DNA of 64,000 nt from Ylistrum balloti (Eukaryota): assembly GCF_031769215.1 (NCBI RefSeq), contig NW_026782160.1:124001-188000 (forward strand). The letters are read 5' to 3'. Position 1 is the stretch's first letter, and each line of letters begins with the position of its first letter. A program made the translations under genes and the position numbers. The notes under the pieces were generated by a model that ran no database searches, had not been told where the DNA came from, and saw nothing but the letters and a program-made list of their open reading frames with translations. Below are positions 12,816 through 25,570 of this stretch, in pieces.

Positions 12816-15217
12816 GTAATTTTTTAAAAAAATTGACTCTTGACCCGATGTTAAACTTAAATTGCATGCTATTTCCTGAAACGCAATTACACATGTAGCT
12901 TTTTTCTGGTTGATCGACCGGTAAAAAAACGAGGTTGAGGAAAGGGAGAGGACTAATTTTGCTGAATGCCACTTATTCCCTTTCCTCTTCCACCTTGAAA
13001 CTAGCCAACCAATTATTGATATTCTGGATACAAAAATGAAACGACGTTTAGGAAATAGTGTCATGGAATTGCTTATACTTGTGTGATATCTTAGTGTTTT
13101 CACCCATGTAAGGGTTTAATGAGGAAAAAAACCCAACAACATAGTTTGGAGAATGCACTTTATAATACTCGTATTAAACACATATATAAGTGAATTAATA
13201 GATAAGAATGTTTTAAACACAGGCTGTAATCATACATAGACCAAAATACACTATCTTTAAATCTACCTCTTATATAAGTGTCGAATTCACGTGTGCTTTC
13301 ATATTACATGTATAAGTACATTTCACCATTATTTTCAGAAAATGGTATTGGTGTTTTCACCCTATTTCAGAGTCATACGTCAAAATCAGGAAGTTGTCTT
13401 CAGAGAGACCGCCTTATATTCGTTGAAAAAGAACACCTGCTCCATCGTTCTATACAAAACAGTTTGAACTCATCATTTCAGATTTGTATTCCTGTAGGTC
13501 TTGATTTATCCTTGTCTGTATTTGGGTCACTTGTTCACTCTGAATTCGTTCATATAACCATATGTTTAGTGTCCAAATGTTTTCACCAGATTTGCCACCT
13601 ATAACTTATCACCGCCATTTCACAACAGCTATATAATTCAAGCTTTAATGAATGCCCATATGAAAGGTATTAACACTTGTTGCTGACACAGATCTTCATA
13701 CTGTTTACCCTGCTTGTATTTACACATTGAGAATATACCAGGAAAGTTATACAGACAAGTTATGTATATATTTATAGTGTGTGCATGGTGCATCCATATA
13801 TCTATGAACGCAGTTAGATATTTCACCGTAAAAATACCTCGGATACCGCTAATATTAAAGTCACTCATATAAATTGACTGTAATCAGGTCTACGTTTGTA
13901 ACCGATTTGATCTGTATTCACAATAGCATTAACATTACAAAAAGGACTTCTCCCAATCTCTATTTGACATTTGTTTGTGTTACACTGCATAGGATTTTAA
14001 CACTTGACTGTCCCATTCATCTTGGCGAAAAGAACTCCAGACTAATTGAAATGATGATGGAGGTGATAATCTGACCCGAATAACACCTCAGTTTAGGAAG
14101 GTTGTACCAATTGGAAGTGATTAATCGTATGTTGGTTGTGTATATCAAATTGTGTATATCAAAACAGTTCAGTAGAGTTATTTTGTAGCGTGTCTATGTA
14201 ACATTTTGTAATAAATTTCTCTCTTATATAATCTAACATGAAAAAAGCGCTGATCAACATAAATTAGGCAAATTTTTAAATGCTTCCAGATACTTAATGT
14301 CCCTGTAAACACATAGCAATATCTCACTTGAAGCTGGGTACTACTGGATACAATGTCTGTAACACCTGTTTTCATATTTCCAATACATCCACTTACTAAG
14401 AGAAGACAACATTGTCGATTTTTGTTGTCTTAGAACAGGCCATCTTCATATAAAATGAAAATATCGGCTTCAGTAGTGTCTAGTTGGATGGTATAATATT
14501 TATATTATTGTAAATTGAGTTTTTACTATTGTCGCTACATGTCGCAAAAGAAACTAAATTTTGCGACGCCGTAATCACGATATATACCACAGCAAATTTA
14601 AACATAAAGAAGGGTTATCCCTGTGTCGGCCGCAGTTTCGCGAATCTTTCTTAACTTCAGGAAATCTGAACTATCATAGAAAAGCATGTTTAAGTGAAGG
14701 AAAAATTCGTATTTCGTGTTGCAAATTATGTCCATTAGCCAATCAAATGCCGGTTTACAATGATAACCAATCAAATGCCGTGTTATACGGGCTATAACTA
14801 TGGATAGAATGCTAAGCAATATAAAACCAAAACCTTCATATGATATCTTATTTGGAAATCTCGACAACTTGATCTTAACATAAAAGAAAAAGAAAACTCA
14901 TGTTTTTTTTTTTTTTTTTTACATTTTTTTAATTGAAGAAACAACAACTACATTTAATGGGAAATAATTTACAAAGTACCATCACATATTTCTGTCGCGC
15001 ACGAGATCAAATCCATTTGGTCTTGTCAAGTCCGTTGGCGTGGATTTTCAGTAGGAACCCTAGAAGGAGAAAAACGTGAATTTAAGGCATACATATCAAT
15101 ATATAATATCAACTGTCATACTATTATATGACGTAGATGGACTTGGACCTAAAAAGCGATAAAATTCATTCTCTCACCTTTTCAGTAAATAGTGATAAAT
15201 GTTAGATTTACAACTAG

Positions 15218-15916
15218 TTAACTCACCGTTTTGGCTGACTTGATTGACTTGTATCCAAAATTTGGACGCATTGACTTGTACATTGTCTGGTAGGGACCAC
15301 CAAAGCTCTTCATGTACCCGCCTCTGTAACTATTGCTGTATCCTCCAGGGTAGAAATTATGAGAGAAAGGTCTTCGGTAGTTTCCGCCAAATTTGTAGTC
15401 GTCATCATCCCCGAAATAACCATTAGATCGGTACGTTGTGTAGGAGTTTCCGCCAAATCGGGGGTATCCGGGATAGACCCGGCGGTTCATGAAGAATCGG
15501 TTTCCCATTGGAAAGCCGTAACCTCCGTTAAAGCCACCATTCATCATACTGTATCCTTTGTTGAACCCGTTATAACCATTATAACCGTTGAATCCATTGT
15601 AACTGTTGAATCCCATAAAGCCTTGGTTGTATCCATTGAAACCCTTGTTGAATCCACCGTAACCACGGTTAAACCCATTGTATCCAAATGATGGACCCAT
15701 CATGCCAAAATTTCCCATATAACCTTTGTTGAATCCGCCGTAACCACGGTTAAATCCGTTGTAACCGTTGTAACTGTTGTAACCATTGTTAAATCCCTTG
15801 TGACTGTAACCCTTGGTCACGCTTTTACCATAACCTTTGCTTACTTTTGGATATGAAGGGACTGAATCGGCTGCAATCATGGCTATCACCAGCGTAAACA
15901 CTGCCGGGTACAACAT
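15218..15916 (-). CDS. Secreted Gly/Asn/Tyr/Phe-rich low-complexity protein (232 aa), candidate shell-matrix or byssal/adhesive protein; single coding exon
   Basis: Acceptor ttttttcag| at 15926 is followed 9 nt later by ATG at 15916. Hydrophobic signal-like MLYPAVFTLVIAMIAA-DS. The mature region is Cys-free with GFN/GYN/NKGY repeats and a duplicated NGFNRGYGGFNKG. Synonymous codon variation between the repeats supports protein-level constraint. Confidence 0.85.
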   Translation of the reverse strand: MLYPAVFTLVIAMIAADSVPSYPKVSKGYGKSVTKGYSHKGFNNGYNSYNGYNGFNRGYGGFNKGYMGNFGMMGPSFGYNGFNRGYGGFNKGFNGYNQGFMGFNSYNGFNGYNGYNGFNKGYSMMNGGFNGGYGFPMGNRFFMNRRVYPGYPRFGGNSYTTYRSNGYFGDDDDYKFGGNYRRPFSHNFYPGGYSNSYRGGYMKSFGGPYQTMYKSMRPNFGYKSIKSAKTVS

Positions 15917-16143
15917 CTTGTCAGTCTGAAAAAAATGATTATGGATACATAACATGTTCAGTATCATATAACACGATAAACTATTTATCAAAAACATTTA
16001 CATATGTGTAACCAGTCTAATAAAATGTAGTATACCCGTATTACAAAAAACGCTGTACAAATCATTATATCTATATAGCGCTATTTATAGTGATGATCTA
16101 CCAAAATCTGAGTATCTCTAGCAGATATCTATTAATCTATTAA

Positions 16144-17160
16144 ATAGCGTTTATCTATCCATACTATTATATATCTATAACGTTTATCTATTCATACTAT
16201 TATGTATCTATAGCGTTTATCTATTCATACTATTATATATCTATAACGTTTATCTATTCATACTATTATGTATCTATAGCGTTTATCTATTCATACTATT
16301 ATGTATCTATAGCGTTTATCTATTCATACTATTATGTATCTATAATGTTTATCTATTTATACTATTATGTATCTATAACGTTTATCTATTCATACTATTA
16401 TATATCTATAACGTTTATCTATTCATACGATTGTGTATCTATAGCGTTTATCTATTCATACTATTATATATCTATAATGTTTATCTATTCATACTATTAT
16501 GTATCTATAGCGTTTATCTATTCATACTATTATATATCTATAGCGTTTATCTATTCATACTATTATATATCTATAACGTTTATCTATTCATACTATTATG
16601 TATCTATAATGTTTATCTATTCATACTATTATGTATCTATAATGTTTATCTATTCATACGATTGTGTATCTATAGCGTTTATCTATTCATACTATTATGT
16701 ATCTATAATGTTTATCTATTCATACTATATATCTATAATGTTTATCTATTCATACTATTATATATCTATAGCGTTTATCTATCCATACTATTATATATCT
16801 ATAACGTTTATCTATTCATACTATTATGTATCTATAGCGTTTATCTATTCATACTATTATATATCTATAGCGTTTATCTATTCATACTATTATATATCTA
16901 TAACGTTTACCTATTCATACTATTATGTATCTATAATGTTTATCTATTCATACTATTATGTATCTATAATGTTTATCTATTCATACGATTGTGTATCTAT
17001 AGCGTTTATCTATTCATACGATTGTGTATCTATAGCGTTTATCTATTCATACTATTATATATCTATAACGTTTATCTATTCATACTATTATGTATCTATA
17101 ATGTTTATCTATTTATACTATTATGTATCTATAACGTATATCTATTCATACTATTATGTA
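16144..17160. repeat. Minisatellite, 33-bp unit, about 31 copies, in the predicted 5' intron of the G/N/Y/F-rich gene
   Basis: Unit tatctatagcgtttatctattcatactattatg; gives 11-aa periodicity in ORFs 16345-17184 and 16431-17243. Confidence 0.97.
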
Positions 17161-17582
17161 TATATATCGTTTATACATATATAGTTCTATGTGAAATATT
17201 GAATAACACACATATATATATATATAAATATATATTAGAATAACTTAAAACAACACATCGAATATTAAGCATTAGCGCTTTCATCCCTGAATCAGTGTTG
17301 TTTTAAGTTATTCTAATATATTTCACCGGACACTTATAATTCAACTTTTATATTTGAATTATTATAAAGAATATATTAGAAAGTTTAAATTCACAGTGTC
17401 CGGTACATATACATGTATAGAAATGTAACAAAATTCATTTCTGATTAGTAAAGCATATAAGCGCTTATGAGAAGTGTTTGCAATTTTATTATTATTATTA
17501 TTTCAGTTTAAGAGGCTAAACAAAATTTCTTTATCTAGTGGAATAATATACATTCTTTTACAAAGACTTAAAAAACTCTTAC

Positions 17583-17679
17583 CTGTTTCCTTCAAAAGTC
17601 TTGTTGGAATTCTCTGACAAGCTTGCGTCTTGTATCTGACAAGTTTGCGTCTTGTATGCAATTTCTGCGCGTTTTTATA
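17583..17679 (-). promoter_or_regulatory. TATA box and predicted non-coding first exon of the G/N/Y/F-rich gene
   Basis: Minus-strand TATAAAAA at 17679-17672, so TSS inferred near 17650. Strong donor AG|GTAAGA at 17583/17582, and no ATG in the exon. It contains a 22-bp tandem duplication (tctgacaag[c/t]ttgcgtcttgta x2). The link to the 15925 acceptor is inferred. Confidence 0.6.
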
Positions 17680-18227
17680 CATTTCAGTTCTTAAATTATT
17701 AGCATAGGTGTAAATTTTAAGTTTCTTTGGCGTGAATATGTCCATTGTTCACGCGTTGTAAATGTCAGGTTTTATTAGATTTTAATTAGTACTAATTAAC
17801 GACGGGTTAGAGACATGCCTAAATCGGGATAATTGATAAGGTCAGCGTTAGATATGCACGGGTATTCTAACGATATTATTTCCCGATGTCATTATTTCTG
17901 TGGTTTTATTTTGTCTTTCTTTGACGTAGATACGGATCTAAAAGTAAATCTATTTTCATACACTAATTAATAATGATTGCAATGACAATTCAAAGGACAG
18001 TTATGATTGATGCAAAGTGATTTCTTCCTGACACTTGATACGCGGACAAAGGTCATGGAGAGGCTTCGTTCTTCCCACCGGTGATGTGTCTAGAATATCT
18101 TATGATGATATGCAGTTTATATCACTATATTTTTCATTTATTACCTGTAAAATGATAAGGCGTCTGCGGACATTAGTTGTGGGATCCTGAACGCGTCGTC
18201 AGCAATCGCTGCACATGTTTTGGTTAG

Positions 18228-18775
18228 TCATCATGTGGTGTTTTGTCAGCAGTGTTAAAGTTGTGTATTTATCATTATGTGGTATTTTGTCAGTCGTCAC
18301 AAAATTTTGTATTTATCATCATGAATATTTTGTCAGTAGTCATAGTTTTGTATTTATCATTATGTGGTGTTTTGTCAGCAGTCATAAGGTTTTGTATTTA
18401 TCAGGATGTGCTATTTTGTCAGCAGTCTTAAAGTTGTGTATTTATCGTTATGTAGTGTTTTATCAGTAGTCAAAGTTTTGTATATATCATCATGTGGTGT
18501 TTTGTCAGTCGTCACAAAATTTTGTATTTATCATCATGTGGTGTTTTGTCAGTAGTCAAAGTTTTGTATTTATCATCATGTGGTGTTTTGTCAGCAGTCT
18601 TAGAGTTGTGTATTTATCATCATATGGTGTTTTGTCAGCAGTCTTAGAGTTGTGTATTTATCATCATGTGGTGTTTTGTCAGCAGTCTTAGAGTTGTGTA
18701 TTTATCATCATATGGTGTTTTGTCAGCAGTCTTAGAGTTGTGTATTTATCATCATATGGTGTTTTGTCAGTAGTG
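18228..18775. repeat. Minisatellite, about 44-bp unit, about 12 copies
   Basis: Unit tcatcatgtggtgttttgtcagcagtcttagagttgtgtattta; the left copies are more diverged. Confidence 0.95.
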
Positions 18776-18818
18776 ATATCTTTTTGTTAGTCATGATGAA
18801 ATGATTTGTCAACAGTCA

Positions 18819-18916
18819 TTTATTGTGTATAGTCATCTATGACTTAGTCATGATGTGTTTTATTGTGTATAGTCATCTATGACTTAGTCATTATGTGTTT
18901 TATTGTCTATAGTCAT
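18819..18916. repeat. Short tandem repeat, 40-bp unit, about 2.4 copies
   Basis: tattgtgtatagtcatctatgacttagtca[t]gatgtgttt at 18821 and 18861, with a partial copy at 18901. Confidence 0.85.
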
Positions 18917-19610
18917 ATTTTTTTAGTCATTATATGGTGTTTTGTCAACAGTTATGGTAATCACTTTAGTGATAAACTGTTTACAGTTCAGGCTTTGTGG
19001 TCTTGATATTTATGATGATTGGCTTGCTTGGTTAGTAAATGTACCAGGAGGTCTTTAATGGATAGTTGTTCTTTGAACATTTAATCGGATATCATCTCTG
19101 GGGGATTTCTGTGGCATTCATGTTACTGTGGTGGTCAATAAGTGGCGTCAAATGTTTGTGTGTGGTGGGGGACGGGGAGGTGTTCTGATCACATTGTATT
19201 ATAAGAAGAAATGTTATACGTGTGTTCGGTACTTCCCTTTATTGTCACCTGAACGATATTTATACTATTACGTATCTTTAACTAACACCCCTACTCAACT
19301 AAAACAGCAATACAAATTACTACAAGAAAGTTACGCACGCGAATAAAACCTTTCATTACAACTTAGCCAAACAATGAATGAAACCGAATCATATAGTTTC
19401 TCCTTGCAGGCCGCGACATGTTGCTATGGATTGATTTTCTGATGGGCAACTGAGGAAAATAGAAATGGGCAGAATGTAGTTGGGGAAGTGCATTTCACAA
19501 TTTTAAACTAATGATCGCTTTCAAAATTCAATAAAGTATGTGTTTTTGTTATGAATCCTGTCCATATTAAAATGAATTAAAACGTGGCACTGATGTAACA
19601 CCTAAACTTA

Positions 19611-19790
19611 GTGACAAAGACACACCAGCTGAGTGACAAAGATACACAAACAGTGACAATAGTACACCAGCTGAGTGACAAAGGTACACCAACAGAGTGA
19701 CAAAGGTACACCAACAGAGTGACAAAGGTACACCAGCCATGTGACAAAGGTACACCAACAGAGTGACACCAGTTGAGTGGCAAAAGTACA
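19611..19790. repeat. Minisatellite, 22-bp unit, about 8 copies
   Basis: Unit gtgacaaaggtacacca[a/g]c[a/t]ga. Confidence 0.9.
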
Positions 19791-20665
19791 CTTGTAAGTG
19801 AATAGCACTTTTCCATAAAAAATATTTAAGAATTAAATACATTATTGTCAAGTGATGAATTGATCTGTTGTATCATAATCAGAGCGCAAATGAAAAACAA
19901 ACAAAAGTTGGTATACAATTTTTTTCACTCAATATATGTCATCAGTTTCTTTGTACAAAGCGTTGACATTACATCCCAATGATTGTCTATCATCTTGTGG
20001 TATTTGTGACAAACCTACAAATGCCACGCTCTTGTTTCGCAGCTACCTCCTGAACTTAAGCAGACCGACACGAGAAATATCTCCTCCATTTAACTCAATA
20101 ACCGGTTAGCACATGTATATCTATATCAATATATTTATTTCTCTGAAATAGAATAATCATTTTTTCTGGACAAAGTTATTTGTAAGTGACAAATTTGTTG
20201 TTAATTGTTATGTAAATATTTTTTATGTTGGTAACATGACTAAAACCGTAATTAATGATTAAACGTTTTGTTTTAGACACTGGCAAACATTGCCCAACAA
20301 ATATCGGTACTCTCCGATTGCCAGTGACAGATAACATCTAACGTGGATTATACGTACCGTCGTATGCATACTTTAAATGTAGCTGTTACATGAAAAGTTA
20401 ATGATTTGGTGGTGTTCCTATAGAGAAGCTGGAATATTAATAAAAAAAGTAATAAAATCAATCTGGCTGATTAAAATAAAAATGATATCGACAAGATTTC
20501 AGTCATGAGAAACCATGTCTGTTCTTTACTTGTATTTCCTTCACTGACAAGTCATAAAAGGACACAACAACTGTATAGTCATTATTTGGCTAAAATGAAT
20601 TTTAGATTTGTATTGAAAAGTGTGTTTTTTTACGATACACTTGGTTAATTTCATATGATTTAAGA

Positions 20666-23532
20666 CAGTAATACTGACATCCTCTAGAGTACAACTGTCA
20701 GCAGTAGTACTGTCATCCTCTAGAGTACAACTGTCAGCAGTAGTACTGACATCCTCTAGAGTACAACTGTCAGCAGTAGTACTGACATCCTCTAGAGTAC
20801 AACTGTCAGCAGTAGTACTGCCATCCTCTAGAGTACAACTGTCAGCAGTAGTACTGACATCCTCTAGAGTACAACTGTCAGCAGTAGTACTGCCATCCTC
20901 TAGAGTACAACTGTCAGCAGTAGTACTGCCATCCTCTAGAGTACAACTGTCAGCAGTAGTACTGTCATCCTCTAGAGTACAACTGTCAGCAGTAGTACTG
21001 TCATCCTCTAGAGTACAACTGTCAGCAGTAGTACTGTCATCCTCTAGAGTACAACTGTCAGCAGTAGTACTGTCATCCTCTAGAGTACAACTGTCAGCAG
21101 TAGTACTGTCATCCTCTAGAGTACAACTGTCAGCAGTAGTACTGTCATCCTCTAGAGTACAACTGTCAGCAGTAGTACTGTCATCCTCTAGAGTACAACT
21201 GTCAGCAGTAGTACTGTCATCCTCTAGAGTACAACTGTCAGCAGTAGTACTGCCATCCTCTAGAGTACAACTGTCAGCAGTAGTACTGTCATCCTCTAGA
21301 GTACAACTGTCAGCAGTAGTACTGTCATCCTCAACAACTGTCAGTACAACTGTCAGCAGTAGTACTGCCATCCTCTAGAGTACAACTGTCAGCAGTAGTA
21401 CTGTCATCCTCTAGAGTACAACTGTCAGCAGTAGTACTGCCATCCTCTAGAGTACAACTGTCAGCAGTAGTACTGTCATCCTCTAGAGTACAACTGTCAG
21501 TGGTAGTACTGCCATCCTCTAGAGTACAACTGTCAGCAGTAGTACTGTCATCCTCTAGAGTACAACTGTCAGCAGTAGTACTGTCATCCTCTAGAGTACA
21601 ACTGTCAGCAGTAGTACTGTCATCCTCTAGAGTACAACTGTCAGCAGTAGTACTGTAATCCTCTAGAGTACAACTGTCAGCAGTAGTACTGTCATCCTCT
21701 AGAGTACAACTGTCAGCAGTAGTACTGTCATCCGCTAGAGTACAACTGTCAGTGGTAGTAGAGTACAACTGTCAGTGGTAGTACTGCCATCCTCTAGAGT
21801 ACAACTGTCAGCAGTAGTACTGTCATCCTCTAGAGTACAACTGTCAGCAGCAGTACTGACATCCTCTAGAGTACAACTGTCAGCAGTAGTACTGTCATCC
21901 TCTAGAGTACAACTGTCAGCAGTAGTACTGTAATCCTCTAGAGTACAACTGTCAGCAGTAGTACTGTAATCCTCTTGAGTACAACTGTCAGCAGTAGTAC
22001 TGTAATCCTCTAGAGTACAACTGTCAGCAGTAGTACTGTAATCCTCTAGAGTACAACTGTCAGCAGTAGTACTGTCATCCTCTAGAGTACAACTGTCAGC
22101 AGTAGTACTGTCATCCTCTAGAGTACAACTGTCAGCAGTAGTACTGTCATCCTCTAGAGTACAACTGTCAGCAGTAGTACTGTCATCCTCTAGAGTACAA
22201 CTGTCAGCAGTAGTACTGTCATCCTCTAGAGTACAACTGTCAGCAGTAGTACTGTCATCCTCTAGAGTACAACTGTCAGCAGTAGTACTGTCATCCTCTA
22301 GAGTACAACTGTCAGCAGTAGTACTGTCATCCTCTAGAGTACAACTGTCAGCAGTAGTACTGTCATCCTCTAGAGTACAACTGTCAGCAGTAGTACTGTC
22401 ATCCTCTAGAGTACAACTGTCAGCAGTAGTACTGTCATCCTCTAGAGTACAACTGTCAGCAGTAGTACTGTCATCCTCTAGAGTACAACTGTCAGCAGTA
22501 GTACTGCCATCCTCTAGAGTACAACTGTCAGCAGTAGTACTGTCATCTAGAGTAGAACTGTCAGCAGTAGTACTGTCATCCTCTAGAGTACAACTGTCAG
22601 CAATCCTCTAGAGTACAACTGTCAGCAGTACTGTCATCCTCTAGAGTACAACTGTCAGCAGTAGTACTGTCATCCTCTAGAGTACAACTGTCAGCAGTAG
22701 TACTGTCATCCTCTAGAGTACAACTGTCAGCAGTAGTACTGTCATCCTCTAGAGTACAACTGTCAGCAGTAGTACTGTCATCCTCTAGAGTACAACTGTC
22801 AGCAGTAGTACTGTCATCCTCTAGAGTACAACTGTCAGCAGTAGTACTGTCATCCTCTAGAGTACAACTGTCAGCAGTAGTACTGCCATCCTCTAGAGTA
22901 CAACTGTCAGCAGTAGTACTGCCATCCTCTAGAGTACAACTGTCAGCAGTAGTACTGTCATCCTCTAGAGTACAACTGTCAGCAGTAGTACTGTCATCCT
23001 CTAGAGTACAACTGTCAGCAGTAGTACTGTCATCCTCTAGAGTACAACTGTCAGCAGTAGTACTGTCATCCTCTAGAGTACAACTGTCAGCAGTAGTACT
23101 GTCATCCTCTAGAGTACAACTGTCAGCAGTAGTACTGTCATCCTCTAGAGTACAACTGTCAGAAGCTGTACTGTCATCCTCTAGAGTACAACTGTCAGCA
23201 GCAATACTGCCATCCTCTAGAGTACAACTGTCAGCAGTAGTACTGCCATCCTCTAGAGTACAACTGTCAGCGGTAGTACTGCCATCCTCTAGAGTACAAC
23301 TGTCAGCAGTAGTACTGCCATCCTCTAGAGTACAACTGTCAGCAGTAGTACTGTCATCCTCTAGAGTACAACTGTCAGCAGTAGTACTGTCATCCTCTAG
23401 AGTACAACTGTCAGCAGTAGTACTGCCATCCTCTAGAGTACAACTGTCAGCAGTAGTACTGTCATCCTCAACAGTACAACTGTCAGCAGCAATACTGTAA
23501 TCCTCTAGAGTACAACTGTCAGCAGTAGTACT
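20666..23532. repeat. Large homogeneous minisatellite, 36-bp unit, about 80 copies
   Basis: Unit ctgtcatcctctagagtacaactgtcagcagtagta. Variation is concentrated at one site (ctgtca/ctgcca/ctgaca/ctgtaa). Partial units near 21331, 21750-21780 and 22545-22630. Confidence 0.98.
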
Positions 23533-24701
23533 CATTAGTAATGTTAATGACTTAAATGGTTGAAACTTAGGATATTCCTTATTGGCCAAAATTAATATGT
23601 AAAAACCAGATCAGGAGGTGCACCTCAAAATCCAACAAATTTTGATTTTTATCTAGTTACTTTTAAAAGAAAAATTCTATAAAGGAATCCAAAATTTGTG
23701 TTAATAAGATCATGGACTTGAATGAAAACTAGACTGGACTAGGTAAATAGTAAGGGGGATATGTGTTGGGATTCGACAGGTGATTGACTTGATGAATAGT
23801 AAGTGCGATTTGTGTTGGGAACCGACTGTTTGCATGACTTTGAGAAAATCCGTAGTTGAAGCTAGAATCCATTCATTATAATAACAATAGACACTATCGA
23901 GTGCATAGTAAAATCATAAAAAATGTACTTGATTTCATCATGATATAAGAACCGTGTTTGAACCCGCGTACTCAGAAAATGATCATCGTTTGCCCTTTAA
24001 CAATAATATCTTCCGAGAATTTGACGGAGATAATTAAACCTGATCACTGTCAATTATGTTAAGTGGAGTCCATATATAACATTGTTACTTCAAATAGACA
24101 GTTAATGGGTTTACAGATACATAATAATTAAGATGTTTGTATCTTATCATCGCGTTACGTGACAATATACACTAATCTGTTATTTTTCCTACGATTTAGC
24201 TTCAGTGTCAAATGAGGTGTTTGTTTTGTTATTTTTGGCACTTTTTCGTAACTTTGACACAAAAATGAAAATACTGACGTGTCAGCAGAAACGAAATTCA
24301 AAATAAAAATCGACGAAACGATTGCAAAATATAAATGAAAGAAATATTACCATGACGGAGATGATTAAAAAGTACAAGCAGAACAAGACCAGGTGTTCCG
24401 AAAGAGTAAGCGCCTTCATCTTCTTTGTCAATGCAAGAGATTGGTGTCATGTTCTCGAATGTGAACAAGACGAGCAATACTTCCCTTTAAGTTAGACAGA
24501 CAACCCTGATGTGTCTTTCTCGACAGCTGGAACATGGTTCTACGTCATCTATTAGGTAACCAAAATCAGCTTTCTGGCATAATATCGACAACATCGTGGA
24601 GACAAAACTGCTCCTTGTGAAGTAAATTTAAGGATGCGCTACTCTAAGAAGAAAAAAGTGAAAGGTTTGATTTCAGAAAGTAGAAAAATCAATATGTTGC
24701 C

Positions 24702-25276
24702 GCACTACTTTTTCCGGTAAAGGTGTCAGAGTAACGCTGTGTAACAGGGCACTACTTTTTACCGGTAAGGGTGTCAGAGTAACGCTTTGTAACAGGGCAC
24801 TACTTTTTACCGGTATAGGTGACAGAGTCACGCTATGTAACAGGGCACTACTTTTTACCGGTATAGGTGTCAGAGTAACGCTGTTTAACAGGGCACTACG
24901 TTTTAACGGTAAGGGTATCAGAGTAACGCTGTGTAACAGGGCACTACTTTTTACCGGTATAGGTGTCAGAGTAACGCTGTGTAACAGGGCACTACTTTTT
25001 ACCGGTATAGGTGTCAGAGTCACGCTGTGTAACAGGGCACTACTTTTTACCGGTATAGGTGACAGAGTCAAGCTGTGTAACAGGGCACTACTTTTTATCG
25101 GTATAGGTGACAGAGTAACGCTGTGTAACAGGGCACTACTTTTTACTGGTATGGGTGACAGAGTCACGCTGTGTAACAGGGCACTACTTTTTACTGGTAT
25201 GGGTGACAGAGTCACGCTGTGTAACAGGGCACTACTTTTTACCGGTATAGGTGACAGAGTCACGCTGTTTAACAGG
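24702..25276. repeat. Minisatellite, 48-bp unit, about 12 copies
   Basis: Unit gtaacgctgtgtaacagggcactactttttaccggtataggtg[t/a]caga; gives 16-aa periodicity in ORF 24673-25293. Confidence 0.97.
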
Positions 25277-25570
25277 AAACAGTTTTTTACCACATATTAT
25301 TGTGATTTTATTCCAGACAGTAGAAATGTTCTGTTGTGTGCGCAGCATTTTGTTTTAAAATTAATGTTCCATTTCCCTTACAAGGTAAAGGTATGATATT
25401 TGGATATTAAGAAAAAATAATTTGAAAATACATAGCCACCAAAAAATGAAAATGTTACAAAGCGACTTAAATTCTTTATATTAAAAAAGAGGGAGAATGC
25501 TTATAATATTTTCACCCAAATAGCCATTTTTTTCCAAGATCAAGGAACAGGCTGACATATTTATAAAAAA

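Noticed and set aside
14051-14074. Box C (ATGATGA) and box D (CTGA) pair suggesting a snoRNA
   Set aside because: Only 13 nt separate the boxes, there is no terminal stem, and it is not in an identified host intron.
15917-15997. Upstream ATG extension of gene A (MFLINSLSC...)
   Set aside because: It runs through a canonical acceptor (ttttttcag); the signal peptide starts at 15916.
16345-17243. 279-aa and 270-aa ORFs (YYYVSIMFIYS / LFILLCIYNVY repeats)
   Set aside because: These are translations of the 33-bp AT-rich minisatellite, antisense to and inside the predicted intron of gene A, with no coding signature.
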